This document shows, one piece after another, positions 1 to 10,966 of a stretch of DNA of 64,000 bases (positions are counted from its first letter, which is position 1; the number at the start of each line of letters is the position of its first letter). A program made the translations under genes and the position numbers. Below the pieces are notes generated by a model that ran no database searches, was not told the origin of the DNA, and saw only the letters and a program-made list of their open reading frames with translations. Location of the stretch: assembly GCA_965248925.1 (NCBI GenBank), contig CBDFLE010000005.1:1216001-1280000 (forward strand), in the 5' to 3' direction. The DNA comes from Candidatus Multivoradales bacterium. GTDB lineage: Bacteria > Acidobacteriota > Thermoanaerobaculia > Multivoradales > J023.

Positions 1-135
1 GGCATGTCATTTTATGGACGGGCATGGTCCGAGCCGGTATTGCTGCGCCTGGCCTATGCCTTCGAACAGGCCACCCAGCACCGCCAAGCGCCCCGCTTTC
101 TGCCGCGCCTGGAGTTGGGCAGCCAGTCGATTTGA
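1..135 (+). CDS. Amidase-signature family protein, 3' end only (gene starts before the window)
   Basis: Frame 1 reads GMSFYGRAWSEPVLLRLAYAFEQATQHRQAPRFLPRLELGSQSI*, the typical amidase C-terminus (G..F.GRAW.E..LL..AYAFEQAT..R..P). Confidence 0.8.
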   Translation, partial: GMSFYGRAWSEPVLLRLAYAFEQATQHRQAPRFLPRLELGSQSI

Positions 136-175
136 GCACACCTCGCGAAGTTCTACAGCCTTGGAGGTCTCGCCA

Positions 176-1954
176 ATGAAGACTTTCGCCGCCTGGTTGT
201 TGGCCATCCTCGTTGCCGTGCCCGGCTTCGCCGAGCCCGATATCACCGCTACCCAAGCCGACCCGGCGACCCGCTTGCACCAGCTCTTCGTCCGTGAATG
301 GAGTCTCCGCTTGGCGGCGGATCCTCTGCTGGCCACCGCCATCGGTGAGCACCAGCACGACGCCGAGCTGCCCCAGGTGGACGCTGCCGCCCGGCAGCGC
401 ATGGCAGGTACTCAGCGAGACCTATTGCGCCAACTGAGCACTATCGACCGCCTTCGCCTATCGCCCGAAGACCGCATCAGCTACGACATGTTCCAGCGGG
501 AACTTAGCGAGAGCATCGTCGAGGTTGAACTAGGCACCTACCAGATTCCATTCACCACCGACACCGGGTTTCACATCGCCTTCGCCCGCTTGCCGGCTGA
601 GATGCCCCTCGATTCAGTCGTTAGCTACGACAACTACATCGCCCGCTTGCTGGCTTTCCCGACCTACGTCGATCAACACATTAGCAATATGCGAGCTGGC
701 CTCGAACGGGGAATGAGCCAACCTCGAGTGGTGCTCGACGGCCTCGTCGGCACTTTCGCACCGCATCTGGTCGAGACTGCCGAGCAAAGTCTGTTCTACC
801 GCCCGTTCAGCCACTTTCCCAACGCCGTACCGAGCCGCGAGCACCAACGTTTGGCCAGCGCTGGCCGGCGGGCGGTGATCGAGGGAGTGGTGGCCGGCTA
901 CGCCCGGCTGCTGGAATTCTTCCGCGACGAGTATCTGCCCGGCGCGCGGCAGACCCTGGGCGCGAGCCAGCTACCCCAGGGCGCTGCACTCTACCGGCAC
1001 CAGATCCGCCACTACACCACCCTGGACTTGAGCCCAGAGGAGATTCACCGCATCGGCCGTGACGAAGTGGCGCGGATCCGCGGCGAGATGGATCAAGTGA
1101 TCGCCGGGGTTGGATTCCAAGGGAGTTTCGCGGAATTCCTGAGTTTTCTCCGCACCGACCCCCAGTTCTATGCCAAGACTCCAGAAGAGTTGATCAGGCG
1201 AGCGGCCTGGATCACTAAGCAGATGGACGGCCGACTGCCGGCACTGTTCAAAAAGCTGCCACGCCAACCCTACGGCGTGGCGCCGGTGCCCGACCACCTG
1301 GCACCGAACTACACCAGTGCTCGCTACATCGGCGCCGCCCCCAGCAGCAGGCAGGCGGGCTTCTACTGGGTCAACACCTACGCCCTTGAGAGCCGGCCTC
1401 TGTATGTCCTCGAAGCACTCAGTCTGCACGAGGCAGTACCCGGTCACCACCTACAGATCTCGCTCAACCAAGAGCTTGAGGATCTGCCGGCATTTCGCCG
1501 CTATTCATACCTGTCGGCCTTTGGCGAGGGGTGGGGCTTGTACGCTGAGTGGTTGGGCTTGGAAGCAGGCTTCTACACCGACAAGTACAGCAACTTCGGT
1601 CGACTGACCTACGAGATGTGGCGTGCTTGCCGGCTGGTGGTAGACACCGGCCTGCACGCCATGGGCTGGAGTCGTGAGCAAGCTCGCGACTACCTGGCCG
1701 CCAACACCGCCCTGTCGCTACATGAGGTCGGCACCGAGATTGACCGCTACATTTCCTGGCCCGCTCAGGCCCTGTCCTACAAGCTGGGGGAACTGGAGAT
1801 TCGCCGGCTGCGCCGCCGCGCCGAAAACGAACTCGGCACCGCTTTTGACGTGCGCGACTTCCACGATGTGGTGTTGCGCAACGGCTCGGTACCGCTGAAC
1901 GTTCTCGGCCAGCAGGTCGAGGCCTATATTGAGGCGCTCAAGGCCGGCTTGTGA
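176..1954 (+). CDS. DUF885 family secreted metallopeptidase-like protein
   Basis: ATG at 176 follows GGAGG (163-167); signal peptide [19 protein letters not shown]; motifs [49 protein letters not shown]. Confidence 0.92.
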   Translation: MKTFAAWLLAILVAVPGFAEPDITATQADPATRLHQLFVREWSLRLAADPLLATAIGEHQHDAELPQVDAAARQRMAGTQRDLLRQLSTIDRLRLSPEDRISYDMFQRELSESIVEVELGTYQIPFTTDTGFHIAFARLPAEMPLDSVVSYDNYIARLLAFPTYVDQHISNMRAGLERGMSQPRVVLDGLVGTFAPHLVETAEQSLFYRPFSHFPNAVPSREHQRLASAGRRAVIEGVVAGYARLLEFFRDEYLPGARQTLGASQLPQGAALYRHQIRHYTTLDLSPEEIHRIGRDEVARIRGEMDQVIAGVGFQGSFAEFLSFLRTDPQFYAKTPEELIRRAAWITKQMDGRLPALFKKLPRQPYGVAPVPDHLAPNYTSARYIGAAPSSRQAGFYWVNTYALESRPLYVLEALSLHEAVPGHHLQISLNQELEDLPAFRRYSYLSAFGEGWGLYAEWLGLEAGFYTDKYSNFGRLTYEMWRACRLVVDTGLHAMGWSREQARDYLAANTALSLHEVGTEIDRYISWPAQALSYKLGELEIRRLRRRAENELGTAFDVRDFHDVVLRNGSVPLNVLGQQVEAYIEALKAGL

Positions 1955-3270
1955 ACCAACATCTCGCCGGTGGTCACGGTCCACAGGGTGGTGTCGCCAG
2001 ACTCGAAACCATCGTCGAAGATCAGGCCAACGTCACAATCGCTATCACTCTCAAAACGGAAAATGCTGCCTCCCTGAGAGAGGTAGACCTCACCCTCCTC
2101 ATCCTCGCCATAGCCAAAGACGCTGCCGCTGAGGTTGTCCCATTCGGCGAAGCTCCAGTTACCCGGCGTATTCTCGGTACCGAACCACACTCTGGCGGAA
2201 CAGAAGTCCGAGAAGACGTAGAGACCTTGCAGCCCCTGGATGCAGCCGCGGTAGCGATAGCCACCGGTGATCGAGCAATTGCCCGAGACGTGACCATAGG
2301 TCATTTTCGGCTCGACGAAGGTGCCGCCGCAGCCTCCCGGGCCAGCGATGTCGCCTTCGCGGCAGTTCCAGCCATAGTTCAGTCCGCCCGCACTGCCGGC
2401 AGCCTCGAAGGAGACCTCCTCCACCGTGCCCGCGCCAACGTCGGCGATCAGCATATCGCCGGTGCTGCGATCGAAGCTCCAGCGGTAGGGATTGCGAAAG
2501 CCTATTCCCCAGATCTCGTCGAGAGTCCCACCAACTCCGACAAACGGGTTGTCCGCCGGAATGGTGTATGCCGGCGTGCAAGTCGGCGTGGCGCAAGGAT
2601 CAATGCGCAGCATCTTGCCCAGCAAGAGGTTGGTATTCTGGGCGGTAGCGCTCGAGGCGCCACCGTCACCCATACCGATGTAGAGATACCCGTCAGGACC
2701 GAAATTCAAATCGCCGCCATTGTGATTGCCGGCCGGCTGACCGATGGTTAGGATCTCGACCCGCGAGGTCTCGTCGGCGTCGTCGGGGTCGCCGGCCGAG
2801 ACCGTGAAGCGCTCGATCACCGTAGTCAATGAGTCGCCACCGACGCCGGTGCGGGTGTAGTTGACGTAGAAGTAGCCGTTGCTGGCGTAGTCGGGGTGGA
2901 AGGCCAAGCCGAGCAAGCCCCCCTCGAAGAAGGTATCGACACTGGCGGTGATGTTGAGAAAAGGCGTGCCGGCCAACCCCGTAGCTTCTTCCCAGATCAA
3001 GATGGTGCCATTGCGCTCGACCAGGAACAAGCGGCCGGAACCATCACCAGCAGGGCGTATGGCTAGGACGGTGGTCACCGCGGCACCGATCGGAGCGAGC
3101 TGCAGATCCGCCGGGATTTGGCCACTGACCGGCGTCGCCAGCAGACCTAGCACGATCAAGGCGACCAGCAGCATGCCAGCTAGCGCATGCTTCAATTGCC
3201 AATTAGACATTTGCGGCAAGGTGTATTCAGAAGACCGGAAAGGGCTTTCAGTTTGAATCGAACGAGCCAT
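1924..3270 (-). CDS. PQQ-dependent sugar/sorbosone dehydrogenase family beta-propeller with C-terminal IFDDGFESGD tail
   Basis: Motifs GLLGLAFHPDY, NHNGGDLNFGPDGYLYIGMGDGG, GFRNPYRWSFDR, SITGGYRYRG; hydrophobic signal segment; start uncertain (3270, 3210 or later). Confidence 0.88.
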   Translation of the reverse strand: MARSIQTESPFRSSEYTLPQMSNWQLKHALAGMLLVALIVLGLLATPVSGQIPADLQLAPIGAAVTTVLAIRPAGDGSGRLFLVERNGTILIWEEATGLAGTPFLNITASVDTFFEGGLLGLAFHPDYASNGYFYVNYTRTGVGGDSLTTVIERFTVSAGDPDDADETSRVEILTIGQPAGNHNGGDLNFGPDGYLYIGMGDGGASSATAQNTNLLLGKMLRIDPCATPTCTPAYTIPADNPFVGVGGTLDEIWGIGFRNPYRWSFDRSTGDMLIADVGAGTVEEVSFEAAGSAGGLNYGWNCREGDIAGPGGCGGTFVEPKMTYGHVSGNCSITGGYRYRGCIQGLQGLYVFSDFCSARVWFGTENTPGNWSFAEWDNLSGSVFGYGEDEEGEVYLSQGGSIFRFESDSDCDVGLIFDDGFESGDTTLWTVTTGEMLVHKPALSASI

Positions 3271-3518
3271 TTTCTCTCCTGTGGAAGGCTTCAATCTCTC
3301 GCAACGGCGTGCTTGTGGCAAGCAGATGGCCCGGAATCCAGCAAGGCGGACCCAGGCAACATCCCTAACTTCCTCGCCAGAAGTCTGTCATGCCGAGCGG
3401 CGACGCTCAAGATCTAGCACCATCAAGTCCCGTACCTCCCCTGCCCGCAGCCTGGTATCTTTCCGCTTCGGCTTTCCATCGCCTCTCGGCCCCCTGCATG
3501 CCGCATAGGAGTTCTCTG

Positions 3519-6500
3519 ATGTCGCGAGTTACCTGCGTCGCCCTTCTGCTCTGCATCCTTCTGCTGCTCGCGCCTGCCGTTCCAGTCCTGGCCAGCGAGG
3601 GCTGGCCCCAGCTGCGCGGTCCGCATCATGACGGCAAAGGGGCCGGCGCGGGACTCGACAACCACCAGCGAATTGGTTTAGAGCGAGTCTGGAAGAAACC
3701 CCTCGGCTCAGGCTTCTCCGCCGTCGTCGCGGTCGATGGCAAGGCGCTGACCATGTTTAGCGAAGGCGACGACGACGTGCTGGCAGCCTTTGATGCCACC
3801 TCGGGTCAAGAACTGTGGCGCTACCGCGTGGGCGACCGCTATGTGGCCTACGGCAACTCGTCCGATGGTCCGTTGTCGACGCCGGTGATCGATGGCGACC
3901 GAGTCTACGGCCTGAGCCCCTGGGGCAAGATCTTCGCCGTCGCGCTAGCTGATGGCAAGGAGCTTTGGGCGCGCTTGCCGCAGCAGCCGGCCGAGGCACG
4001 GCGACCGGTGTTCGGCTTTTCCACCTCACCGGTGCTGGCTGGCGGCGTGTTGGTGGTGCAAACCGGCGGCGAGGCCGAGCGCTCGATCACCGCCCTCGAT
4101 CCGGCCACCGGCAAGCTGCGTTGGGCCTTGGGTGACGACTCGGTGCAGTACCAATCGCCGCTGCCCTTCGAGCTGGAGGGGCGCGAGATTCTACTGGCCT
4201 TGAGTGATCACCGCCTGCTCGGCCTGGACCCCGAAACCGGCATCACTCTGTGGGCCCATGAGCATGGTCTCGAGGGCCGCGCCGCGGTGCCAACCAAGAT
4301 CGGCAACCGCCGCCTGCTGCTCAATGGCAACAACGAGCTGCTGGCCCTGGACGTAGTCGGCTCCGCGGGCGGCCCCTACACCCTGAAAGAAGCTTGGCGC
4401 AGCCGCGAGTTGACCCGCAGCTTGGCCCTGCCGGTGCTCGACGACGGCGTGCTCTATGGCTTCACTGGCCGCTTCCTCACCGCCATCGACGCGGCCACTG
4501 GCGAGCGCCTGTGGAAATCGCGCCCCCCCGGCGGGCGTAGCTTGATCTTGGTCGATCACCATCTGGTGACTCTCGACCCACAGGGCGAACTGGTGATCGG
4601 CGCTGTGAGTCGCGATGGCTTCCACGAGCGCGCCCGAGCTAGTGCTTTGGCCGGCCGTTCCTTCACCGCTCCGACCTACGCCGACGGTTTGTTCTTCGTC
4701 CGCGACCTGGAGGGGATGGCGGCATTGCGGATCAGTGATGCCAACTCCACCGGCAGCGAGCCGTTGGTCACCGGCGAACTGGCCAATCTGCTCAGCCGAT
4801 TCCCCAGAGAGAGCCGCCAAGCGGCGATCGACAGCTATCTCGATGGCCGCGCCGTGCCGCTGATCGATGAGGACGGCTGGGTGCATTTCGTTTACCGGGG
4901 CGAGCACCAGGACGTGGCCTTGGCCGGCCAAGGGCTGATCAGCGGCGAAACCGAAGTAGCCATGCAGCAAGTCCCGGAAAGCAATCTCTGGGCGCGCAGT
5001 CTTCGACTTGATTCCAGCACCCGCCGACGCTACCAATTCGTCGTCGACTACGAGCAACGCCTAGCCGATCCAGGAAATCCCAACTACCTCACCCACGGCG
5101 AGGTAAGGCTCTCTGAGCTGCGCCTTCCGCATTGGTTGGCCCCCGAGCACCAGGGGCGGTGGGATGGCGCCAGTGGTCGCTTAGAAGAGATGTTGATCGA
5201 CACTTCCGTCTATGCAGAATCGCAGTCGGTGCAGGTCTACTTGCCGGCCGGCTACGATGAGGCGGCCAATAGCGGCGACTATCCGCTGCTGATCGTGACT
5301 CAGGGCGGACGAGTGCAGAGCAACCTCGAGCTACCCGCGGCACTCGACTTGTTAATCGGCCGCCAGCGTGTCGAGCCGTTGATCGCCGTGCTGATCAAGC
5401 CCGCCCAGCGTAGCGGCTACCGAGAAGGGGCCGAAGAGCACTTGCAATTCCTCACCGAAGACTTGCTACCCAGCCTCGAAGAGCGCTGGCGCCTGCGCAC
5501 CGCTCCCTGGCAACGCGGCTTGATCGGTACCGCCGATGGCGGCTATGCCGCCCTGCACGCGGTGCTCAATGCCCCCGAGACCTTTGGCCGCGCAGCAGCC
5601 CAGAGCTTCTACGCCGGCGCCGACAAGATCACCGCCCTCGGCGCACTCGCCAGTGGCCTCATGACTCGGAGCCAAGGCTCGACAACAAATAGCGAGGACA
5701 AGAGCAAGAAAGAGGCCAGGGCCGAGGAGGAGGGCGAAGACAATGCAGCGCCGTCACCACACCGCTTCTACCTCGATTGGACCCGCTTCGAGAGCCACAG
5801 CCGTGCGCTGGCGATGGCTACCGCGCTGAACGATGCCGGGCTCGACTATCTCGGTGGCGAAGTCGAAGGTACCAGCGAGGAGTTCAGCTGGGCCGAGCGC
5901 CTCGACCGCCCCCTCGAGACCCTCTTCCCCGCCGCCATACGACGTACCGCCCCAGGTCTCAACGACAGCTGGGAAAGCAGCGAAACCAAACCCCTGGTGG
6001 AGCGCTTGGAGCGCGAAGGACGCGAGATCTTCGCTCACCGAGAGCTGCTGGCAGCGGTGGTTGGAGCAAGGCCAGGCATGGTGATCGCTGACGTCGGCGC
6101 CGGCTCGGGTTTCATGGCTCTGGAATTCGCCAAGCTGGTCGGTGACGAAGGTCGGGTCGTCGCCGTCGACATAAATCCAGTAATGATGGAGGAACTTGCC
6201 GCGAAGGCTGGCGCTGCCGGGGTCGAGAATCTACAGACCCGAGTCTGCCGGCAAGACTCGGTCGATCTCGAACCCGCCTCGGTCGATCTCGTCTTCCTCG
6301 CCGACACCTACCACCACTTCGAATACCCAACTCTCACGCTGGCCTCGATACGCCGTGCCCTGCGCCCCGGCGGGCAAGTGGTGTTGGTCGATTTTGAGCG
6401 CCTTCCAGGCGAGTCTCCGGAGTGGATCCTGAATCATGTTCGCGCCGGCAAGAAACAGGTCACCAGCGAGCTGCGAAGTGCCGGCTTCGAACTCTTGGCC

Positions 6501-6557
6501 GAGCATCCCCTGCCACAGCTAAAAAACAACTATGTGCTGCGCTTCCAACGACGCTGA
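3519..6557 (+). CDS. Secreted fusion of a PQQ/BamB-like beta-propeller, a Fes-like esterase (Ig plus alpha/beta hydrolase) and a class I SAM methyltransferase
   Basis: ATG 3519 follows AGGAG; signal peptide; WPQLRGP start and repeated A.D..TG..LW blades; VYLPAGY...YPLLIV and GLIGTADGG hydrolase motifs; VIADVGAGSG SAM-binding motif and DTYHHF. Confidence 0.85.
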   Translation: MSRVTCVALLLCILLLLAPAVPVLASEGWPQLRGPHHDGKGAGAGLDNHQRIGLERVWKKPLGSGFSAVVAVDGKALTMFSEGDDDVLAAFDATSGQELWRYRVGDRYVAYGNSSDGPLSTPVIDGDRVYGLSPWGKIFAVALADGKELWARLPQQPAEARRPVFGFSTSPVLAGGVLVVQTGGEAERSITALDPATGKLRWALGDDSVQYQSPLPFELEGREILLALSDHRLLGLDPETGITLWAHEHGLEGRAAVPTKIGNRRLLLNGNNELLALDVVGSAGGPYTLKEAWRSRELTRSLALPVLDDGVLYGFTGRFLTAIDAATGERLWKSRPPGGRSLILVDHHLVTLDPQGELVIGAVSRDGFHERARASALAGRSFTAPTYADGLFFVRDLEGMAALRISDANSTGSEPLVTGELANLLSRFPRESRQAAIDSYLDGRAVPLIDEDGWVHFVYRGEHQDVALAGQGLISGETEVAMQQVPESNLWARSLRLDSSTRRRYQFVVDYEQRLADPGNPNYLTHGEVRLSELRLPHWLAPEHQGRWDGASGRLEEMLIDTSVYAESQSVQVYLPAGYDEAANSGDYPLLIVTQGGRVQSNLELPAALDLLIGRQRVEPLIAVLIKPAQRSGYREGAEEHLQFLTEDLLPSLEERWRLRTAPWQRGLIGTADGGYAALHAVLNAPETFGRAAAQSFYAGADKITALGALASGLMTRSQGSTTNSEDKSKKEARAEEEGEDNAAPSPHRFYLDWTRFESHSRALAMATALNDAGLDYLGGEVEGTSEEFSWAERLDRPLETLFPAAIRRTAPGLNDSWESSETKPLVERLEREGREIFAHRELLAAVVGARPGMVIADVGAGSGFMALEFAKLVGDEGRVVAVDINPVMMEELAAKAGAAGVENLQTRVCRQDSVDLEPASVDLVFLADTYHHFEYPTLTLASIRRALRPGGQVVLVDFERLPGESPEWILNHVRAGKKQVTSELRSAGFELLAEHPLPQLKNNYVLRFQRR

Positions 6558-7802
6558 ACCAAAGGGGAACTAGAAACGCCACCAGCCGCGGAGAGCAACT
6601 CCCGCCAACCAGACCAAGCAACTGACGGTGAGCGAGGTGAGAGAGAGATCGAGCAACGACCCGCGGTCGGTCAGCAGGCCCCCTACAGCTGTTGCAACTG
6701 CAAAAATACCGCCAGCTCCAGAGACCGCAAAACAGCTCTTGACCACTTCTTCTCTCTGCATTACCAACCCCCTTCCCGAACCGTGACAGTTGCGCAATCT
6801 GAAGCCCTCCCCAATAGCTCCAAGACCGCAAATCCAAGACCACAGCCCAGGCCGGAACGCCGACCTGGGTACTGCGGTGAAAACCTACTCCACGACCCAC
6901 CCGCTTCGCCGGCAATGACAGACCGTGGGACCAGCCCAGAACACTAAAACCAAGTCTCTAGAGGGTCCACACCCCGTTGAGAGAGGGGACCCACTTCCAC
7001 GCTCCGCCCCAAAAAGGCCGAAAACAAGCTAGCGCCGCTCGACTTCCAACCGCCAACTCCCCACCCACACTCACCCTGGCGTTTGCTATCGACCGGTCGG
7101 TGACCCACTAACTGAGAGCTAAGACTCGGAAAACTGCACCTACCCTAGTCCTTGCCGGGCAGATTGCCTAGTGGCAAATTTCTGACGGTTCTCGTCAGGC
7201 AGTTCTTACTCCCAAACACTCCCTACAGCGGCTCGGCAATGCCCTCGAGGCGTTCGACGACAGCGTCCAACTCAGCCTCAATGCGACCCAAGAAAGTGTC
7301 GCAGAAAACTGTGCGATGGGTGCGACAAGTCGAGGCGCGGATCGATCCACGCGAACTCCCGCCAACTACCGAGCCAGGGCAGGAGAGTAGCCCACAGCGA
7401 CCCTCTAGTGGCCACCTCCGCCGCTGCCGGTCGAACTCCAGAATGACGGCTTCGAGGTTCACCCTTCATTGTTTTCTCAGCTTACCGCGTCCAAATCCTC
7501 TGCGCAGCCGACAAAAAATCGGGCTGCGAAATAAGTTGTGGCAGAATCGCACTTGGGTGGTAGATCTTCAACCATCACCACCCTACCAGCCTGCCACCCC
7601 CTTTGACTGAACGCTTTCTTTAGTGTAGCGTGCCGCCGCTTCTTGAGCAGACAGAGCCTAGTGCTCTACCGGCAGTGACCTTGCCTTGGGGAGGCTTCGC
7701 CAGCAACAGTTCTTGCTGGATGTTGTCCGGCCCCTCAGGTAGTAGAAGATACGCATTGACCTTTGGCAGAATGAGTTGACGACCAAATTCCAAGAGAGTG
7801 CT

Positions 7803-8435
7803 GTGATCCGCCTACTGATTATCGATGATCACGCGATCGTCCGAAAAGGTATCTGCAGTCTGCTGGCCGACTTCCCCGACCTCGAGGTGGTCGGCGAGGC
7901 GCAGGACGGCAAGGAAGGCTTGGCACAAGCCCGCGAGCTGCAACCGGACGTGATTATTCTAGACATCTCCTTGCCCGATCGCAGCGGCTTGGAGGTGCTG
8001 AGTGAGCTGCGCCAGGAGCTAGCCGATATCGCGGTACTGATCCTCAGCATGCACGCCGAAGGCCAGTACGCGGTGCCCTTACTGCGGGCCGGCGCCGCCG
8101 GCTACGTACCCAAGCGTGGACCCACCGAAGATCTAGTGCGTGCCATTCGCAAAGTCGCCAGCGGTGGCAAATTCGTCAGCCCCGAGCTGGCTGAGCGCCT
8201 GGCATTCGACATTGATCCTAACGCCACCGAGTTGCCCCACAAGAAACTTTCGCGACGCGAGCTGCAAGTCTTGCTGCAAATGGCGGACGGCACCAGCTTG
8301 ACCGAAATTGGCATATCTCTCGGTATTAGCGTCAAGACCGTCAGCACCTATCGTCGGCGAATACTCGAAAAAATGGGGATGCGCTCGACTGCCGAAATGT
8401 TGCGTTACGCCTTCGCGCATAAGCTCTCGACTTGA
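7803..8435 (+). CDS. NarL/UvrY-family response regulator (REC plus LuxR HTH)
   Basis: IIDDHAIVRKG, DVIILDISLP (phospho-Asp), LSRRELQVL...GISVKTVSTYRRRILEKM; probable GTG start at 7803. Confidence 0.95.
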   Translation: MIRLLIIDDHAIVRKGICSLLADFPDLEVVGEAQDGKEGLAQARELQPDVIILDISLPDRSGLEVLSELRQELADIAVLILSMHAEGQYAVPLLRAGAAGYVPKRGPTEDLVRAIRKVASGGKFVSPELAERLAFDIDPNATELPHKKLSRRELQVLLQMADGTSLTEIGISLGISVKTVSTYRRRILEKMGMRSTAEMLRYAFAHKLST

Positions 8436-8460
8436 CCGATTCCATTCGGCAGAACTAAAA

Positions 8461-8476
8461 GTAGGATTTATTCTAC
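8461..8476. promoter_or_regulatory. Putative palindromic response-regulator binding site
   Basis: GTAGGATTTATTCTAC imperfect palindrome between the NarL gene and the diguanylate cyclase gene; resembles GacA/NarL-type boxes. Confidence 0.3.
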
Positions 8477-8593
8477 ATCATTGTCAGAGTCGACCGCTGG
8501 CAGGCCCTTCCCTGATCTGGACAACATCTCCTCCCAGAATTAGTTTCTAAAACACCAGGATCCCTTGGCAGCGGCGCAACCCTTGGTACACTA

Positions 8594-10771
8594 TTGCGGC
8601 GGCGGACGGTAGCGGACCGTTCTGGCGACATCGTCAGTCAGGGCAAACGGGGGTGGGCAGTGGGCGATCCAGCAGTCAATTCAGGCGAGCGCGGACTGGA
8701 AACTCGGCAACGAGCTAGGGCTCTGCGGGCCATTCCATCAACCCTCCGATTGGTCCGCAGGGCGGCGCCGTTGCTGGCGGTGCTATTGGCTGCGGTGGTG
8801 AGCTGGCGTCTACTAGCGCATAGCCGAGAAGGTTGGGTGTGGCTTGGAGCCACCTTGGTCCTCGCCTTTGCCGTCAGCTGGCTGTGGTGGCTAGAGCGGC
8901 CCAAATCGCAGGCATTCAGCGACGGTACGGCAAGCCCGCGTGACCTTCCAGCCAAACTAGTACAGCGCCTCTTCGACGCCGCCAAAGCGGTCAATCAAGT
9001 GCTCGACCTCGACGAGGTTCTCGACACCATATTGACGGCTGCCCGTGAGTTTCTCGACGGTCGTGACGGCTCGGTGATGTTGGTCCACGGCAGCGACGAA
9101 CTGCGAGTAGTGTGCACCTCAGGCAGCAGTGGAGCTAGCGGCGCTCGGCTGAAGTTTGGCATCGGAATCGCCGGCCAGGTCGCTGCGAGCCGCCGGCCGC
9201 AGCTAATTGCCGGCACCCGTCAGCAACCCAACCGGCGATTGCCTCCGGCAGCGCCTCCGGCACCCGTCAGCGCCATGTCGGTGCCACTGATCCACCGCGG
9301 AACATTCCTTGGCGTGCTCAACCTCAACGCCCTTCCCTGGAAACGATACAGCCAGCAAGATCTACGCGCCCTGAGCATTTTCGGCGAGCAGGCGGCCGCT
9401 GCCATCTCCAACGCCCAGCTCTATGAAGCACAGCGGCTGTTAGCGTCGCAGAAGAGCTACCTGGCATTGCACGACTTCCTCACCAACCTACCCAACCGAA
9501 TGCTCTTTCTCGACCGTGCGGAACAAGCCCTCCGCCGCCGTCGTCCAACAGGCCGGCTAGTAGCGCTGCTATTCCTCGACCTCGACGATTTCAAGAGCAT
9601 CAACGACCAGCTTGGCCACACCGCTGGCGACGCCCTGCTGGTGGCGATCGCCCAGCGGCTGCGCGGCTTCGTGCGCTCAGGCGATACGCTGGCTCGTTTT
9701 GGCGGTGACGAGTTTGGCATTCTGATGGAAGGCGTGCGGTCGCAGAAGACTGCTCTACAAACCGCTCAGCGGCTCCTTCAATGCATCGAAGAACCCTTCG
9801 CGCTCGCCGAAGGGCGGGTTGCGCTGCGGGCTAGCATCGGCATCAGCGTCGAGACCCCTGAAGTATCGACCCCCACCACCTTGCTACGCCAAGCCGACGC
9901 CGCAAAATACGTAGCCAAAGAGCGCGGTGGCGGCACGGCCCTGGTCTTTGAAGACTCGGCCCACGAGGCCGTGCTGCGCCACCTCGACCTAGAAACCCGC
10001 CTCCGCGGCGCCTTCGATCGCGGCGAGCTGGTGGTGTACTTCCAACCCGTGGTGCGACTAGACAGCGGTGAACCAGTCATCATCGAAGCCCTATTGCGCT
10101 GGCGCCATCCCGATCTCGGCCTGTTGCCGGCGGCGAGCTTCGTTCCCTTGGCCGAGCAGGCAGGCATCTTGGCAGCGATCGACGCCTGGGTCCTACGTCA
10201 GACCTGCGACGCCCTCAACCAGCTCACCAGCGCCGGGTACTCCGCACTTGCATTTAGCGTCAACCTATCGCCCGAGCGACTGCGTCATCCGCTGATCGTG
10301 GCAGAGATCCGCGAGCTGCTCGCAGAAACCTCTATCCCGCCAGAGCGGTTGATGGTCGAGATTTCCGAGCGCGTCGCCCTCGACGACTTCGATCTCACCC
10401 TGCGCCATCTCAGCGCCCTCAAAGACCTCGGGATAAGAGTAGCGCTGGACGACTTCGGCAACGGTTTCTCCTCCCTCAAACTGCTGCAGCGGATGCCGGT
10501 CGATCTGGTCAAGATCGACCGCATATTCGTTGGTGGTTTGACCCAAGACTCCGGCGCCAGCGATCTGGTGGCCGCCGTCCTCCGCCTGCGCACCAGCCTC
10601 AGCCTGGAAGTGATCGCCGAAGGCGTCGAAACCGGCGCCCAAGTCGAACTGCTCACCCGGCTAGGTTGCGACCTCGGCCAGGGCCATCTATTCGCCCAAC
10701 CAATGTCCCTCAAACGGCTCAAAGACTGGCTGCGGCAGACTCCGACCACAGCCCTCGGAGAGGTGAGTTGA
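8594..10771 (+). CDS. Membrane-anchored GAF-GGDEF-EAL diguanylate cyclase/phosphodiesterase
   Basis: Two TM segments, GAF region, HDFLTNLPNR, DLDDFKSIND, intact GGDEF, IEALLRW, LDDFGNGFSS, IAEGVET; start uncertain. Confidence 0.93.
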   Translation: MRRRTVADRSGDIVSQGKRGWAVGDPAVNSGERGLETRQRARALRAIPSTLRLVRRAAPLLAVLLAAVVSWRLLAHSREGWVWLGATLVLAFAVSWLWWLERPKSQAFSDGTASPRDLPAKLVQRLFDAAKAVNQVLDLDEVLDTILTAAREFLDGRDGSVMLVHGSDELRVVCTSGSSGASGARLKFGIGIAGQVAASRRPQLIAGTRQQPNRRLPPAAPPAPVSAMSVPLIHRGTFLGVLNLNALPWKRYSQQDLRALSIFGEQAAAAISNAQLYEAQRLLASQKSYLALHDFLTNLPNRMLFLDRAEQALRRRRPTGRLVALLFLDLDDFKSINDQLGHTAGDALLVAIAQRLRGFVRSGDTLARFGGDEFGILMEGVRSQKTALQTAQRLLQCIEEPFALAEGRVALRASIGISVETPEVSTPTTLLRQADAAKYVAKERGGGTALVFEDSAHEAVLRHLDLETRLRGAFDRGELVVYFQPVVRLDSGEPVIIEALLRWRHPDLGLLPAASFVPLAEQAGILAAIDAWVLRQTCDALNQLTSAGYSALAFSVNLSPERLRHPLIVAEIRELLAETSIPPERLMVEISERVALDDFDLTLRHLSALKDLGIRVALDDFGNGFSSLKLLQRMPVDLVKIDRIFVGGLTQDSGASDLVAAVLRLRTSLSLEVIAEGVETGAQVELLTRLGCDLGQGHLFAQPMSLKRLKDWLRQTPTTALGEVS

Positions 10772-10966
10772 GATGGTCGGACTCCGGTCATCGGCCCGCG
10801 AGTACGAGCGTCGCCGCCACCGCCGGTACACCGTGCGAGCAGTCAGAGGTTCACTCAAAGAAGCATCCCGCAACGCCTTCACCGACCCGACCTAAGTGTG
10901 ACCGGTCTTGCCTTCGAATCCCACCAAGCGTTGCGGATCGGCAGCGCGCAGCAGCTACAGCTGTAA

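Noticed and set aside
1951-2751. 266-aa + strand ORF; likewise 4191-5057 (-), 47659-48447 (-) and 51585-52397 (-)
   Set aside because: Antisense to well-supported genes, with no recognisable motifs
7152-7610. ORFs 7152-7610 (+) and 7223-7462 (-), or a riboswitch, in the intergenic gap
   Set aside because: No motif, ribosome-binding site or recognisable riboswitch consensus; cannot be supported without searches
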